A DNA stretch of 64,000 bases from Cystobasidiomycetes sp. EMM_F5 (Eukaryota), in assembly GCA_051047955.1 (NCBI GenBank), contig JBPGPT010000011.1, forward strand, positions 1 through 64,000. The letters run 5' to 3'. Under the pieces are notes generated by a model. It had not been told where the DNA came from. It saw only the letters and a program-made list of their open reading frames with translations, and ran no database searches. Shown here piece after piece: positions 11,601 to 23,245 of the stretch (the stretch's first letter is position 1; the number at the start of each line of letters is the position of its first letter). Made by a program: the position numbers and the translations under genes.

Positions 11601-14381
11601 ATGTCCCGTTATATCAGCCGGACCGCCAGCGAGGATATAAGTGACAAAGCATCCTCCTTTGCCGATGGAGTAGAGAAGGGACAAATTATCTACAATGATC
11701 ACGTACCGCAGTTGGACACTATCACCGAGCAAGATGAGCATGGCCATGTCGGTCTCGCCGCTTACGAGCAATCCAAAAAGATGGCAGCTATAGTAAGGAA
11801 GACTGACTGTGTTGTGATCAACGCACATCTAATTTGCTGCTGTGCAGACGCCCGAACAGAACAAGCGGCTTCTCCGACGAATCGATTGGTTCTTGCTTCC
11901 ACTCTTCCTGGCAACCCAGACGTTGCAGTATTTGGATAAGGTGAGTTTAGTATATCAGAATCGGTATTAGTGCCTGATAGGTCGCCCGCGCTGATACTAC
12001 TGCATTCTAATGCAGACTGCCTTGAATTACGCCAAAGCGAGTCACCTCCGTCGATGATGTTTCTATCTGTTCTCTAAAGTTGTCATTCAGGTCTTTGGCA
12101 TGGAGCAGGAATTCGGTCTGCAGGGTGAGATTCGACCAACATACAAATTACGACAGCATCAATTAAGTAAAATGTCACCAGGCCAGCAATACGCTCTATC
12201 GGCATCGATCTTCTACATCGGCAAGTCTTCATAAACGCAACTTTTGAGTTGTGGCTGATTTTTAATTATGCTTGCACAGGCTATCTCGTCGCTCAGCCTT
12301 TTTGTCAGCCTGTCTTCATGTCCAATTCTGCCGTCCCTTATCTCGTCTGCCTTATCTTTAGGGTCGTACCTTATTGGGCGATACCACGCTGGGCGGATTC
12401 TTGGTGGATCAGCAGTCATGTAAGCACTGACGTACTGACCTGCTGTGAGTTTAAGTCGCTGAAGTATGAACGCACAGCTGGGGAATTACGGTGGGCAGCT
12501 CGCCTTACGATTGCTAAAGCGCTTCCCGACTGATTGCTTTTGTTTGATTAGGTACTCATCATTCCCTTCTCCAAGAATTTTGCAGGTGTCATGAGCACTC
12601 GTTTCTTCCTCGGAGTTTTCGAAGCAGCAGGTGGGGTTTTCTCCTTTTGCGAACGCATGCCAAACATATCAAGTCTGAATATCCCATTATCGACTGGCAG
12701 TAACTCCTGGACTTTCCTTAATGACTGGGTTTTGGTACACACGACAGGAGATGCCTCTTCGTCAGACCATATGGTATTCGGCGATTGGTTGGGGCGGCAT
12801 GATCGGTAAGATCCCGCTGTCACAGACCTGTTCGGTGATAATATTCACTAATAGTTCTCTGAAACGTTCTTGTCGTTCAGGGGCGCTCATGGCGGCGGGG
12901 ATCTCCAATGTTTGTGACCCGTCGGATCTATAAGATTGTTCAATTCTACTAACGGCTAGGTACAGCTGCAGGACACACCTCAACTGAAGCGGTATCAGCT
13001 CATTTTCTATCTTCTCGGAAGTAAGACAATATCTACACACCTGCCGCGCCCCACTTGCTGACGCTATGGTCTCCGAAAGGTATCACTATCGCTCTGGGTG
13101 TCGGTAGGGCAGGCAACATTGCATACCGGAAATTGACTAACTTATAAGCTACGCAGCACTTTACTTCTTCTTGGCCGACGGTCCATCCAATGCCTTCTTC
13201 CTAAAGAAAGAGGATCGCCCGCTGGCAGTTGCACGTGTGGCAGATAATGGTGTGGGAATCAAACAGAAGAATTTTGAATGGAAATATGGCTTTGAGGCCC
13301 TCAAGGATCTCAAGCTGTGGATGCTGGTTAGTGGCGAGCTGAAACTGTGATTTGATGTCGAAATGCTGACGGTCGTGTCTACAACAGACTTTGGCAATGT
13401 TTGGATCTTCCGTACCGAACGGTTGGTTCTGAGCAGGCGAATATCCAACTTTGGCTGAATACGTTCGCTTGTTGCACTAGGTGTCCTCACAAATTTCTCC
13501 GGTCCCATCATGTGAGCTTTGCGTGTATTGTCGCGGCGCGGCGGAGTCTGATGAACAGGACTGTATTACAGTAAAGGCCTCGGTTTCAGCACTATCAATG
13601 CTGCTCTTCTAGACTGCGCGGGTCGCTCATTCCAAGTCATATCCCTGATCATTGCTGGTTGGGCTTCGACTAGATGGCAAAACAACCGGCTCTTCATGAT
13701 GACCATTGGGAATTTGATCTGTGTCCTGGGCTCTGCCTTGATGTCCTTCCTGCCTTTTAATTCCTCGACCACCTGGCCGCGCCTTATTGGCTTTTGGCTG
13801 AGTGAGTTTGGCACACTGGCTCCGTGAAGCCCTCTGTCTTATGCTGCCCATCAGTCAACTGCCAATCCATCGGATTCACCCTTGGACTTGTCATGATCTC
13901 CTCGAACATCGGAAACTACTCGAAACGGACCGTAACGTCGTCCTTCGTCTTCTTTGCTTACTGCGCAGGTCAGTAGAACCAAGCAAAAGTAGGATTCAAG
14001 GCTGAGTGCCGCACAGGCAATGCGCTCGGACCACAATTCGCTTTCGAGTCGGAGGCCCCTCAGTATCGTTCTGCCGCGTATGCCATGCTTGGCGGCTACG
14101 TCGGTAAAACGATATGCCATCTCATTCCCTGGTTTTATGTGCATCATACTCCGCGCTTACGTACAGGATGAAGCTGACTGTGATCATTGTTAGATGTGGA
14201 AGGACAACAAGAAGCGCGATGTGGCATACGGTCCCGCTGATCCCAAGATTGCAGCCGATCTTGGCATGCAAGGGAAGAGCGAGAACGAGAATCCAAACTT
14301 CCGGTATGTGCATCTCTGTATTCGCTGCCTGGCTTTGTGCTGCTTACGTGTAATCTGCCTGTTACCAGATACGTGCTTTGA
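11601..14381 (+). CDS. MFS transporter, anion:cation symporter (allantoate permease/Dal5-like) family, many short exons
   Basis: IDWFLLPL...LQYLDK-TALNYAK-VFG, FYIGYLVAQP, RFFLGVFEA, WYTRQEMPLRQTIWY, SNIGNYSKR, and the typical end ENENPNFRYVL*. Confidence 0.9.
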
Positions 14382-14871
14382 GACTAGGATCTCGGCTGTT
14401 TACTGGCGACAGGGGCACCGGTGTGCATCACAGATGCACGTTCTGACACGGTCATCACGATCAATGTTCTTGTCTTGCCATTCAATCTGTGATTATGCTA
14501 TGTGAAGCGAGCAGACTGTGTGGACCACTAGTGCATGACAATGTAAAATGCCGACCAAACTGCTTCGCATCGTTACGTTTTGTGCTGGGCATGGTGGCAT
14601 GGTTTTCACTGTGAATTGGCTGCCTAATGATTACGAGAGCCCCGCACACCCGCACACACCCTTGCCAGCTCGCTTCCCATCACGAATCGCAATTTCAACT
14701 GTGCTCACTCTGATCGCCGGCGCGGGCAGTGACACAATTAAGTGGCTTCGAGCTCAATGTGACGATGACGATGGGATCGGCAAGTAGTATGTCGCGGTGC
14801 GGAATACAAGACGTTGACGCTTAACTTGTACGATTCTTAGAAGGGGATATATTGAGCATATACGCAACACA

Positions 14872-17800
14872 ATGCCCCCTCGCAAGTTTCATCGCCCCGA
14901 CCCCGCGACTCTGGGTCCGCATTACTTCGAGTCGCGAGATGCGTGAGTGAAAGGCTTCACCATGTACGAGGGACCGCATCTTACAAATGGCCGCATGTAG
15001 CGTAAATGACTTATATGGCGAGCGTACACCATTTACCGGCACTGGCGCGTGGCCAGTTCGAGTCGACGAGCAGACTGTCGATGTAAGATCCGCATCCAGG
15101 CGTAAGTATTCTGTGAGGCTGATGACATGACTGCTGCAACAGACCCCAGATAAATGGACGTCGTCAGCGTGTATTTCGTGCTCAATAGGCTGCGGTGTCG
15201 ACATAGGCGTTAAGAATGGCAGAAGTAGATCGCATCGACACTTGTCACTGCTCACCACTCAACACAGCTGACTTGTATTCGCTTACTCATGCAGTGGTTG
15301 GCATTCGCGGCAGGGCTAATGACAGAGTTAACAAAGGCAGGCTGGGATGCAAAGTGGGTTATATCGTTGCTGGCAGTGCTGCTGGCTAATGCGCATTTTT
15401 GCGGTCAATGTGCAGGGAATGTACACTTGGCAGTCGACGCAGTCCAATGACCGTCTGACACATCCTCTTATCCGGCAAAAGGATGGATCGTTCCGCAAAG
15501 CATCATGGGACGAGGCTATGACCCTAATCGTCGAGAATACGAAAGACGTGCAGAAGCGTTTATCATCTCATGGCATCGCATTCTATACCTCTGGACAGTT
15601 GTTTCTTGAGGAATACCTTACGCTCGCTGTCATTGGGAAAGCCGGTCTCGGCACCTTGCATATGGATGGAAACACAAGGCTATGTACAGCAACCGCAGCA
15701 GCGAGTATGCGCGAAAGCTTTGGCGCAGACGGCCAACCAGGAAGCTATAGCGATGTGGATGTATGTGACTGCCTCTTCTTGGTCGGGCATAATCCTGGTG
15801 AGACTAGTCTTTATCGTCATAGTTTGCAGTCACTCACGACGCTACCGCCAGCTGCAACTGGAACAGTTTTATGGATGCGCATGTTGGATCGGTTGGCTGA
15901 CAAGGAGAATGCACCCAAGTTGGTTGTGATAGATCCGCGACGGACTTCAGTCGGCGCAGCAGCTACAGTGTTGCTACAGCCAAAGATCGGCACAAATCTA
16001 GCAGTCCTGAACGGCATTCAGCATCTACTGATAGAAAGTGGCCAGTACGATCAGGAATATATCAACAAAGTAGATCCCGTAATTCGCTTGCTTGCCCAGA
16101 TCACGCTCTGACTACCTTTTCGGAATTTTACAGAGTGTCTGCGATTTTGACAACCTGAAGAAGGTTGTCAAGCAATACAATCCACACGAAGTGGAAAAGA
16201 TTACAGGTGTACCAGCTGCAAAATTAAGGTTGGCAGCGCAAATCATTGGAGAAAGCAAAAGGCTTCTCTCCACCGCTCTGCAAGGAGTCTATCAGTCGAA
16301 TCAGGCTACGGCTTCAGCTTGCGCCATCAACAATATCAATCTTATGAGAGGCATGATTGGTAAACCGGGATGTGGCTTGTTCCAAATGAACGGTCAGCCA
16401 ACAGCACAAAACAACCGCGAAACCGGCTGCGATGGTGAGTACCCATGCTTTCGTAACTTTCAAAATATGGATCATATGCAAAGCGTATGTTCTACCACCT
16501 TTTATCCTGTGCGAGGTTGATTACCATACTGCAGCTGGCGGATTCTTGGAATATCGACGTAGCAAAGCTGCCACATCATGCGCAGCCAACTCACATCAAT
16601 GATCTGTTGAACTACGTTAGTACATATTTGCATTTGTATCAGCTTGGAACGCTGATCAACCACTGCTCAGATGGAAGACGGCTCTATTGAATTATTGTGG
16701 ATCAGCGGTACCAATCCTGCAGTCTCTCTGCCGCAGTTGGAGAGGGTAAGAAAGATTCTCACTCAGCCAAACATGTTCGTGGTCGCGCAAGACATCTTTC
16801 CGTACGTACCCAGAGTCTCGTTCGGAGATGACTCTGATTCTTTTCTCTTCATGCCGGTAGGAACGAAACAACCGCTCTGGCGGACGTCATCCTACCCGCA
16901 GCTGGGTGAGATTTCCATCAGCGGACGGACGAGGCAATCGCTGAGATACATATGCCAGATGGGGGGAGAAAACGGGCTGTTACACGTGTGTGAAGCGGGA
17001 TCTAGACTTGAGACTGGATACTAACGATTTGCGCGACAGCAACGTTGATCGTACTGTTCATCTGTCGAGCAAGGCCGTCGACGCCCCGGGTGAATGCAGG
17101 AGCGACTTCGATGTGAGCCAATGCCGTGTCGGATACTGTTGACAAAAGTTTAAACGATTCGCAAAACAGATATGGGTTGATTACGCAACGAGAATGCAAT
17201 TTACTGACAAGTCTGGACAACCACTCGTATACTGGAAGACCCCTAAAGAGGCTTTCGAGGTATGGCGGCGAATGTCCAAGGATACGCTGTGCGATTACTC
17301 AGGGTACGAGTGCCTATGATCAAGTGACTGAATCAACACTGAAACTATGTAATCAAATTCCCAAGACTCACATACGAGTTGCTGGAATCTGCAGGGGGTA
17401 TGCAATGGCCTTGCAACGCCCTCGCGTCCCCGAAAGGTACAGAGAGGCTTTACACCAGCGGCGTCTTCCCAACGTTCTTGCACAATGTACGTTGTATCAG
17501 ACTATCTGTGATTACGGTGCGGCTGACGCTGTTAAACGTAGGTACAAACATGGACATCTGATCCTGAAACCGGGACGCCCTTGAGTCTGCAGCAATTTAA
17601 AACATTAGCTCCAGAAGGCCGTGCTATCTTTAAAGCCGCACACTACCGTGAATCGGATGAGATGCCGTCGGAGCGATATCCATTCTACCTATCAACTGGT
17701 CGTCGTGTCCATCACTTTCATACTCGGACCAAAACAGGCAGGACGGAAAAATTGCATAAGGCAATGGAAGACACGTTCGTTCAGATCAACGAGGATGATG

Positions 17801-19010
17801 CAAAGAAACTTGGCGTAACAAACGGCGAGATGGTGGTCGTCCGAAGTCCTCATGGCGAAGCACAAATGCCAGCAAAAGTTGGCGACATTGAGGTCGGCCA
17901 AACATTCAGTGAGCGCAATGCTGCGCGGCGTTGTCGCATGCAGTAGCGTTAATATGTGGTTTCTTCAGTACCTTTTCACTTCGGTACCGGAGATTCGGAC
18001 GAGGTAGGGGGACGAGCGCGAGCAGCGAACGAATTGACTCGTTCCGGCTGGGTAAGAATGTGGTGATGCTGTCAGAGTTTGCCGTACTTACAGACCGGTG
18101 CAGGATCCCATCAGCAAACAGCCTTACTTCAAAGGCGGAGCCATCAGCATTGAAGTGTGCAAGCAAGGGTAAGTATTGTGACTCGCGCCCTAGAGGGATG
18201 TCTCTGATATAGTGTCGTCAAAGCGAGGTTGTCATTTTCGAAAAGCAAACTGAGGCTGGCCATCGGGCTGACCAGCGCGTAGATGGTGGTCGACTGGCTG
18301 TCATTGAGAAGGAAGGCCGTCAAAAGCATTTGGCCGACATGATTGGTCTTGTCGATGCTGCCAGCGAACAGTTCCGAGATGCAGCTACGAAAATTATTGC
18401 TAAGCACAAGAGTACGCATGAGTATGAGGTCAGGAGCGGTTTAAACTTAATGTTGACTTTGGATCGCGGTACGCCTCAGACATGTTTGTATCGGGATTGA
18501 TGAAAGACAGGCTAACGAGTTCTGGTTGAAGACGCCATCAACATGATGAGCCCGCTTTTCACTAAGTATGGGGACAACAAAGACAAAGCCCATCTCTCAG
18601 ACATTGTAAGTCACTGCATTCTGATACGTAAGGTGTCTCTCGCTAATCTGAAGTTGCATGAAGGACGCTTTGACGGCAGCGCTGTATCCCCAGCATCGTC
18701 GGGAGCAAGTCGGGACATTTAACATAATGATGGATCTCGTTGGTCTCAATATATTAGTCGGCGCCATTCGTGCATACCTGATTCCGCTGACCGCTGCGGC
18801 ACAAGCACTACACGACACCACATTTGGCGAATCCGTAAAGAGTGCTGACAACGAGTTCGCTCGCATTGAGGCCTGGATCGTCAATCAGTAGGTTTGCTCA
18901 ATCAACGTGCACGAGACTCTATGACATTAACCATATTAATGCGTAGAATCAAGGTTCGGGGACCTCAGGTTCTCATCGTTCCGGGACTTCGGGCCTCTGG
19001 AGATTTGTAG
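14872..19010 (+). CDS. DMSO-reductase-family molybdopterin (bis-MGD) oxidoreductase, NasA/NapA/FdhF-like, with a C-terminal helical extension; about 20 predicted introns
   Basis: Spliced translation MPPRKFH...YGERTPF...WPVRVDE...SACISCSIGCG (Fe-S)...GRLGCKG...DRLTHPLIR...SWDEA...FYTSGQLFLEEY...MDGNTRLCTATA...GHN...IDPRRT...GQPTAQNNRE...GTNPAVS...WGEKTG...LSTGRRVHHFHTRTKT...DPISKQPYFK. Confidence 0.93.
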
Positions 19011-19421
19011 TGATCAGCTTGTTTAAATGTGTGCGGAGCTCGATGTCTCTTGGAATGGGACATAATCTTGGATAGTAGCCGTTCCAAAGTTACGGAGACG
19101 CTTTGCCATCGTTGCAAAGGTCAAGCAAACCATATCTGCCGTAGTGACTCTTGCACGCATGTATACTATACTGTCACGGGCAGTCTTGCGTAGAAGCCTC
19201 TTGTGCGCATTTCGCGGGTCAGCGGATGATGAGCTGGGCATTTCCCCGCGCGTATCAATTTGTCTAGAGGGTCACGACAAGCGCAGAGCATCCTTGCTTG
19301 CGTCGAAGGGATCGAAGTTGTTGCGTTTTTTGCGAGTGGTAAATATGCGGAAGTGCAGAGGGTCTCGCTTCGTCTCATTATGCGTGAGAACGATACAGTG
19401 TGATACGTGCACAAAGTAATC

Positions 19422-20238
19422 ATGCCTCAGATGTATACTGGCTTATTACTCTGCGGAGGACAGTCTTTGCGCAGTCAGCAGATGTCGACTTGTGCTATCA
19501 AAATGAAGGACATAAAACTGAAATGGATTCGGAACGCAGTGACGCAGGACAAGTCGTTCCTGAGACACCCACAATCCAACCTGCCTCTATTCCAACACAT
19601 CCTGCAAAATGTAATCCTGCCGCTGAATCTGCCTGGCAACATTGTCATTTCCTGCCGCGACAACGCCCAAGCAACCCGAATACTAGCTGTACCGGGTGTA
19701 GCTGCAATAGCCAATGTGGTTCTGGATGACATTGAGTTATTAGGAGACATTGGGCCTGCCAGAGGACTGCTTTCAGCGCACTTGCGTTACCCAGGGATAA
19801 CATACGTGGTCATCGGTGTTGATTTCCCGCAAGCTAATTCTGAAGCCCTCTACGAGCTCATGGCTGGCCACAAAGCGATGGACAAGGATAGCCCGGTAAC
19901 ATGTTTCGTTCATCCCGAAGACGGTCACCCGGAGGTCAGTCAATGTCGTTGCTCCATTTAGGAGAATATGCAAAGACAATAGAGCTGATGCTTGTGAACT
20001 CCAGCCATTGATGTCGATCTGGACGCCGGTCGCGCTGCAACGTCTGCGCAAAAACAGCGCCAAGGGGAAAAGCGGCCCTTGTTTTAGCGCAAAACAGCTC
20101 TGGAAAGACCTCCATGGAGTTGATATGGCCATTGGAGCAGGACTGATCCAGCCGAGCCAGCCGCAGTGGATCGCCGATACCGACACTCCAATTGAGTGGG
20201 AGAAAGCTTTCGGTATCAAGCCGGAGGTACACGTTTGA
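19422..20238 (+). CDS. mobA: Molybdenum cofactor guanylyltransferase (MobA-like NTP transferase)
   Basis: GLLLCGGQSLRMTQDKSFL after removing an in-frame 66-nt intron (matches the MobA LAGG.S.RMG.DK motif), DIGPARGLLSA, VIGVDFP, HPEPLMSIW, DTDTPIEW (NvNTP.d-like). Adjacent to a bis-MGD-type enzyme. Confidence 0.85.
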
Positions 20239-20333
20239 GCAACAATGCATCCGAGTCGAGCAACTACACAATTTTGATTTACTAATGTGGGGGAACACAG
20301 CGGGAGTAGAGGAGATTCGCGGGTATGACGCCT

Positions 20334-21823
20334 TCATACCCGGTGTAACGGAAAACAATCTAGCAATCGTCCTTCCTGCTCATTTTGGCCTTCCCTCAGT
20401 ACTGCCCAACAGTTGGCCTCCGATAGCTGTCTCACTAAGCCACTGCCTCTGGCGAGTAATTCAACGATCACTTCAGACGAATGCAAGTCAGGCGACATTT
20501 TGTATTGTGCGAGGAAAAAACTGGTATGCTTCGTAGCTGTCACTGATAGGTGCGCATCGATGGATTGCCTTTCCTCAATGCATGCTTTTTTGGGAAAGTT
20601 GCCCTTGCGCACAGTCGCTGGCGCTTGTAATCTAGCTCGCAGGTTCGGGACTTCTTTTCTGCGTCCAGTGAGATGTCTCAGAAATGGTATAACGATGAAG
20701 CGAAGAGACGCAGCGGCGGCGATAGGATTTCCGGGCAGCGAAAATACCGGCAGCAATCCCGTTGACGACAGAGAAGACTTCCCTGGCCCTCCTTCTGAAA
20801 ATAATGCCACCAAGACGGGGTGGCCGGGGCGTATGCGAACGCCGTGGAACAGGATATCCGCGCCCATTTCAATCAGAGAATCTGCTCATCTGTAGTGAGT
20901 ATTGGATTCCGACCGGCAGACATTGTGTAGCACTAACCGCGAACGTAGTCATGCTGTCCTTTCGACACCCCGCCTGTTGTAATCAGCACATCGTAATCGC
21001 TGCGAACATCGCGAACAGCAATCTTAAAGTCATCAGGGTCGTCGCCAACGTTTGCAATCCAAGTGACGTCTGAATATCCGCTGTCCTTCAGTGCTGCTTC
21101 AATGTAAGGTCCGTTGCTGTTGTGTATTCGCCCATCTTGAATATCGCCGCGCGAATGTTCGTCACTCGAAGGGTTTGCGACCTCCTTTCCCGTTGTCAAC
21201 ACGGCAATCTTGGGTTTGCTGTACACCCTAAGCTTCTTGATACCGTTTGAAGTAAGAGCTGCGATTTGACCTGGCCCGACTATTTCTTGCGCGTCAAGAA
21301 TGACCATATCAGGTTGGAAATCCTCGCCTGCCAATCTTCGATGCTGTGATGCGTGGACCGGCTCGGTTAGCTCTATGTAGCCCGGTCTGTCCTGTATCAT
21401 TCGGACAATCTCGACGCGTGCGCAGGCATCGTAATGCCGAGCTTCTCCATCACCATCCCTACTGCCTATAATGCGTGGAAAAGGAGCGCCGGTATTGATT
21501 CTCCAGCAGGACAAGGCTGGAACGGCATGGACGGATGGGTACGTCGGGGGAAGATCACCAGCTGCTATGCTACCCACGATGCGAAGCTGGACGGGTTTGT
21601 CGCAAGATGCCGATGTCGTCTCTTCATGCGACACAGCATAGCCATCCATCGCAGAGTTGTCGTACGGGGGTAGGAGTGTCGCAGAGACGGTACGTTCATG
21701 CGACGTATACCCTAAAGCTTGCGAGACATCAACCTCTCTTATCGTGCATTTAGTCGAGCTCGCTCTGAGTCTGTCGGCCAGATCTAATATTCGATGGAAC
21801 GCATCCTGATAAGATATCGACAT
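20334..21823 (-). CDS. moeA: Molybdopterin molybdotransferase MoeA (gephyrin E domain only), 2 exons
   Basis: PPYDNSAMDGYAV, RINTGAP, LTTGKEV, NSNGP, ITTGGVSKGQHDYV, RPGHP, FSLPGNPIAA, SEANCW. No MogA/G domain is seen at either end. Confidence 0.93.
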
Positions 21824-23245
21824 GCTGGTGGGCAAAGCCGTATACGCGCGAAGGTACAGAACCTGTCAGACGCGGTCTCAGCCTTTCGAAAATGACGTAC
21901 GCATAATTGTGGCAATCACAAATTTGGAGCATCCACCTGTAAGGATCCAACCTCTTTGCGTTACGATTGCTTAACAACGAAAATTAGATCTACGGTGCCG
22001 ACTACAGCGCCTCGTACAATCTTCCAAACACTAACGATTCTGCAATTAGAGAGGAAGAAGGTCCTCTGCGAGTTTAATGCGGTGCGGACACGATGACAGC
22101 GCTTACTGACACACTAGATACACCATAAATTCCCGAAGTCTGTCCCCCAACAGCCACACACTTTCTGCGCCTCGAAATGTCGGATTCCGCTCCGCTGATG
22201 CCAGTATGCAGATGTTCACGCCACGTGCCCTACCTTGCAATCGTGCGTGACCACTTCGCTGCCAGATGAATTGGGGAATAAGCAAATAGAACATCCTGCA
22301 TACATTTTCACGATACGATAAGCCGCTGCGAACACTACATTGACTCTGCTACGATCAGCTGCCGGGCGCATCAGCAAACCGAGCGCTGTCGAGATAGCTC
22401 TATGATCCCACCACAAATGTTACTCCGTCACTCATTACGCGATATTTACCCAGAAGATCTCGGCGCTATAAGTACGACTCCCATACAATCGACTCTGTGG
22501 TGAATCTTCTGCAAGCTTCGATTGAGGCAAATCGTCTTCCTGTCCACATCTGCCGCATGCAGCAGTATTGAGAAAGTCTCGTATACGTGTGCATTCGCGA
22601 GCGCGGGATGTCTCACATGCATTCTTTTACTAAGCGGACCCGTACCACGAGCAATTTCCCACAATTCGGGTCTACTCGACGCATCCTGGATCTCGATGGC
22701 GGTCATCTATCATCCTTTTGCCTCGTTGGATGCAATGGCTGCCTATACTCGTGCCCAACTGGAGACGCATTAGGGTCACTTTTGTGGGGTTCATAAAGCA
22801 CAGGGTTGTCGAAAGTGAGCTTGCGTGATCGGCTGCCTATCGGGCACATTCGGTGCTTGTGCGGGTTGATGAGCGCAAATGTACAGAGCACGAAGAATTG
22901 TTTACTCGGTCATGATGGTAGAATTGGGTATGCCCCGCAATGACTTCATTAGCAATAGAATAAAAGTCGGTTGGCTTGAGGTCGACATCGTAACTCTTTC
23001 GCTTCGAATTCTATATGCACATGGCCTACCGTCACTGTTTGCCCTGCCTCTGCCTTCTGGGACCTGGGCCTCCTGACTGGGCCCTTCCATGGCGGCCGTT
23101 GCGATCACGGCGAGGCGTCACAGAATTCGAAGATGTGTGATCCTAGACTTGGGTTCGCTACATTCTCCCTCATCCGCTCACTTGCTACGGCCACTTCTGC
23201 TCTACGGGCCCTCTCGGTCAATCACACTCTTTTTTGTAATTCGGG

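Noticed and set aside
14872..19010. Calling the enzyme the standard fungal nitrate reductase (NiaD)
   Set aside because: It lacks the sulfite-oxidase-type Moco, cytochrome b5 and FAD domains; its motifs are DMSO-reductase family.
14872..21823. Bacterial contamination as the explanation for the molybdoenzyme cluster
   Set aside because: All three genes contain spliceosomal introns of the same style as the flanking fungal genes.
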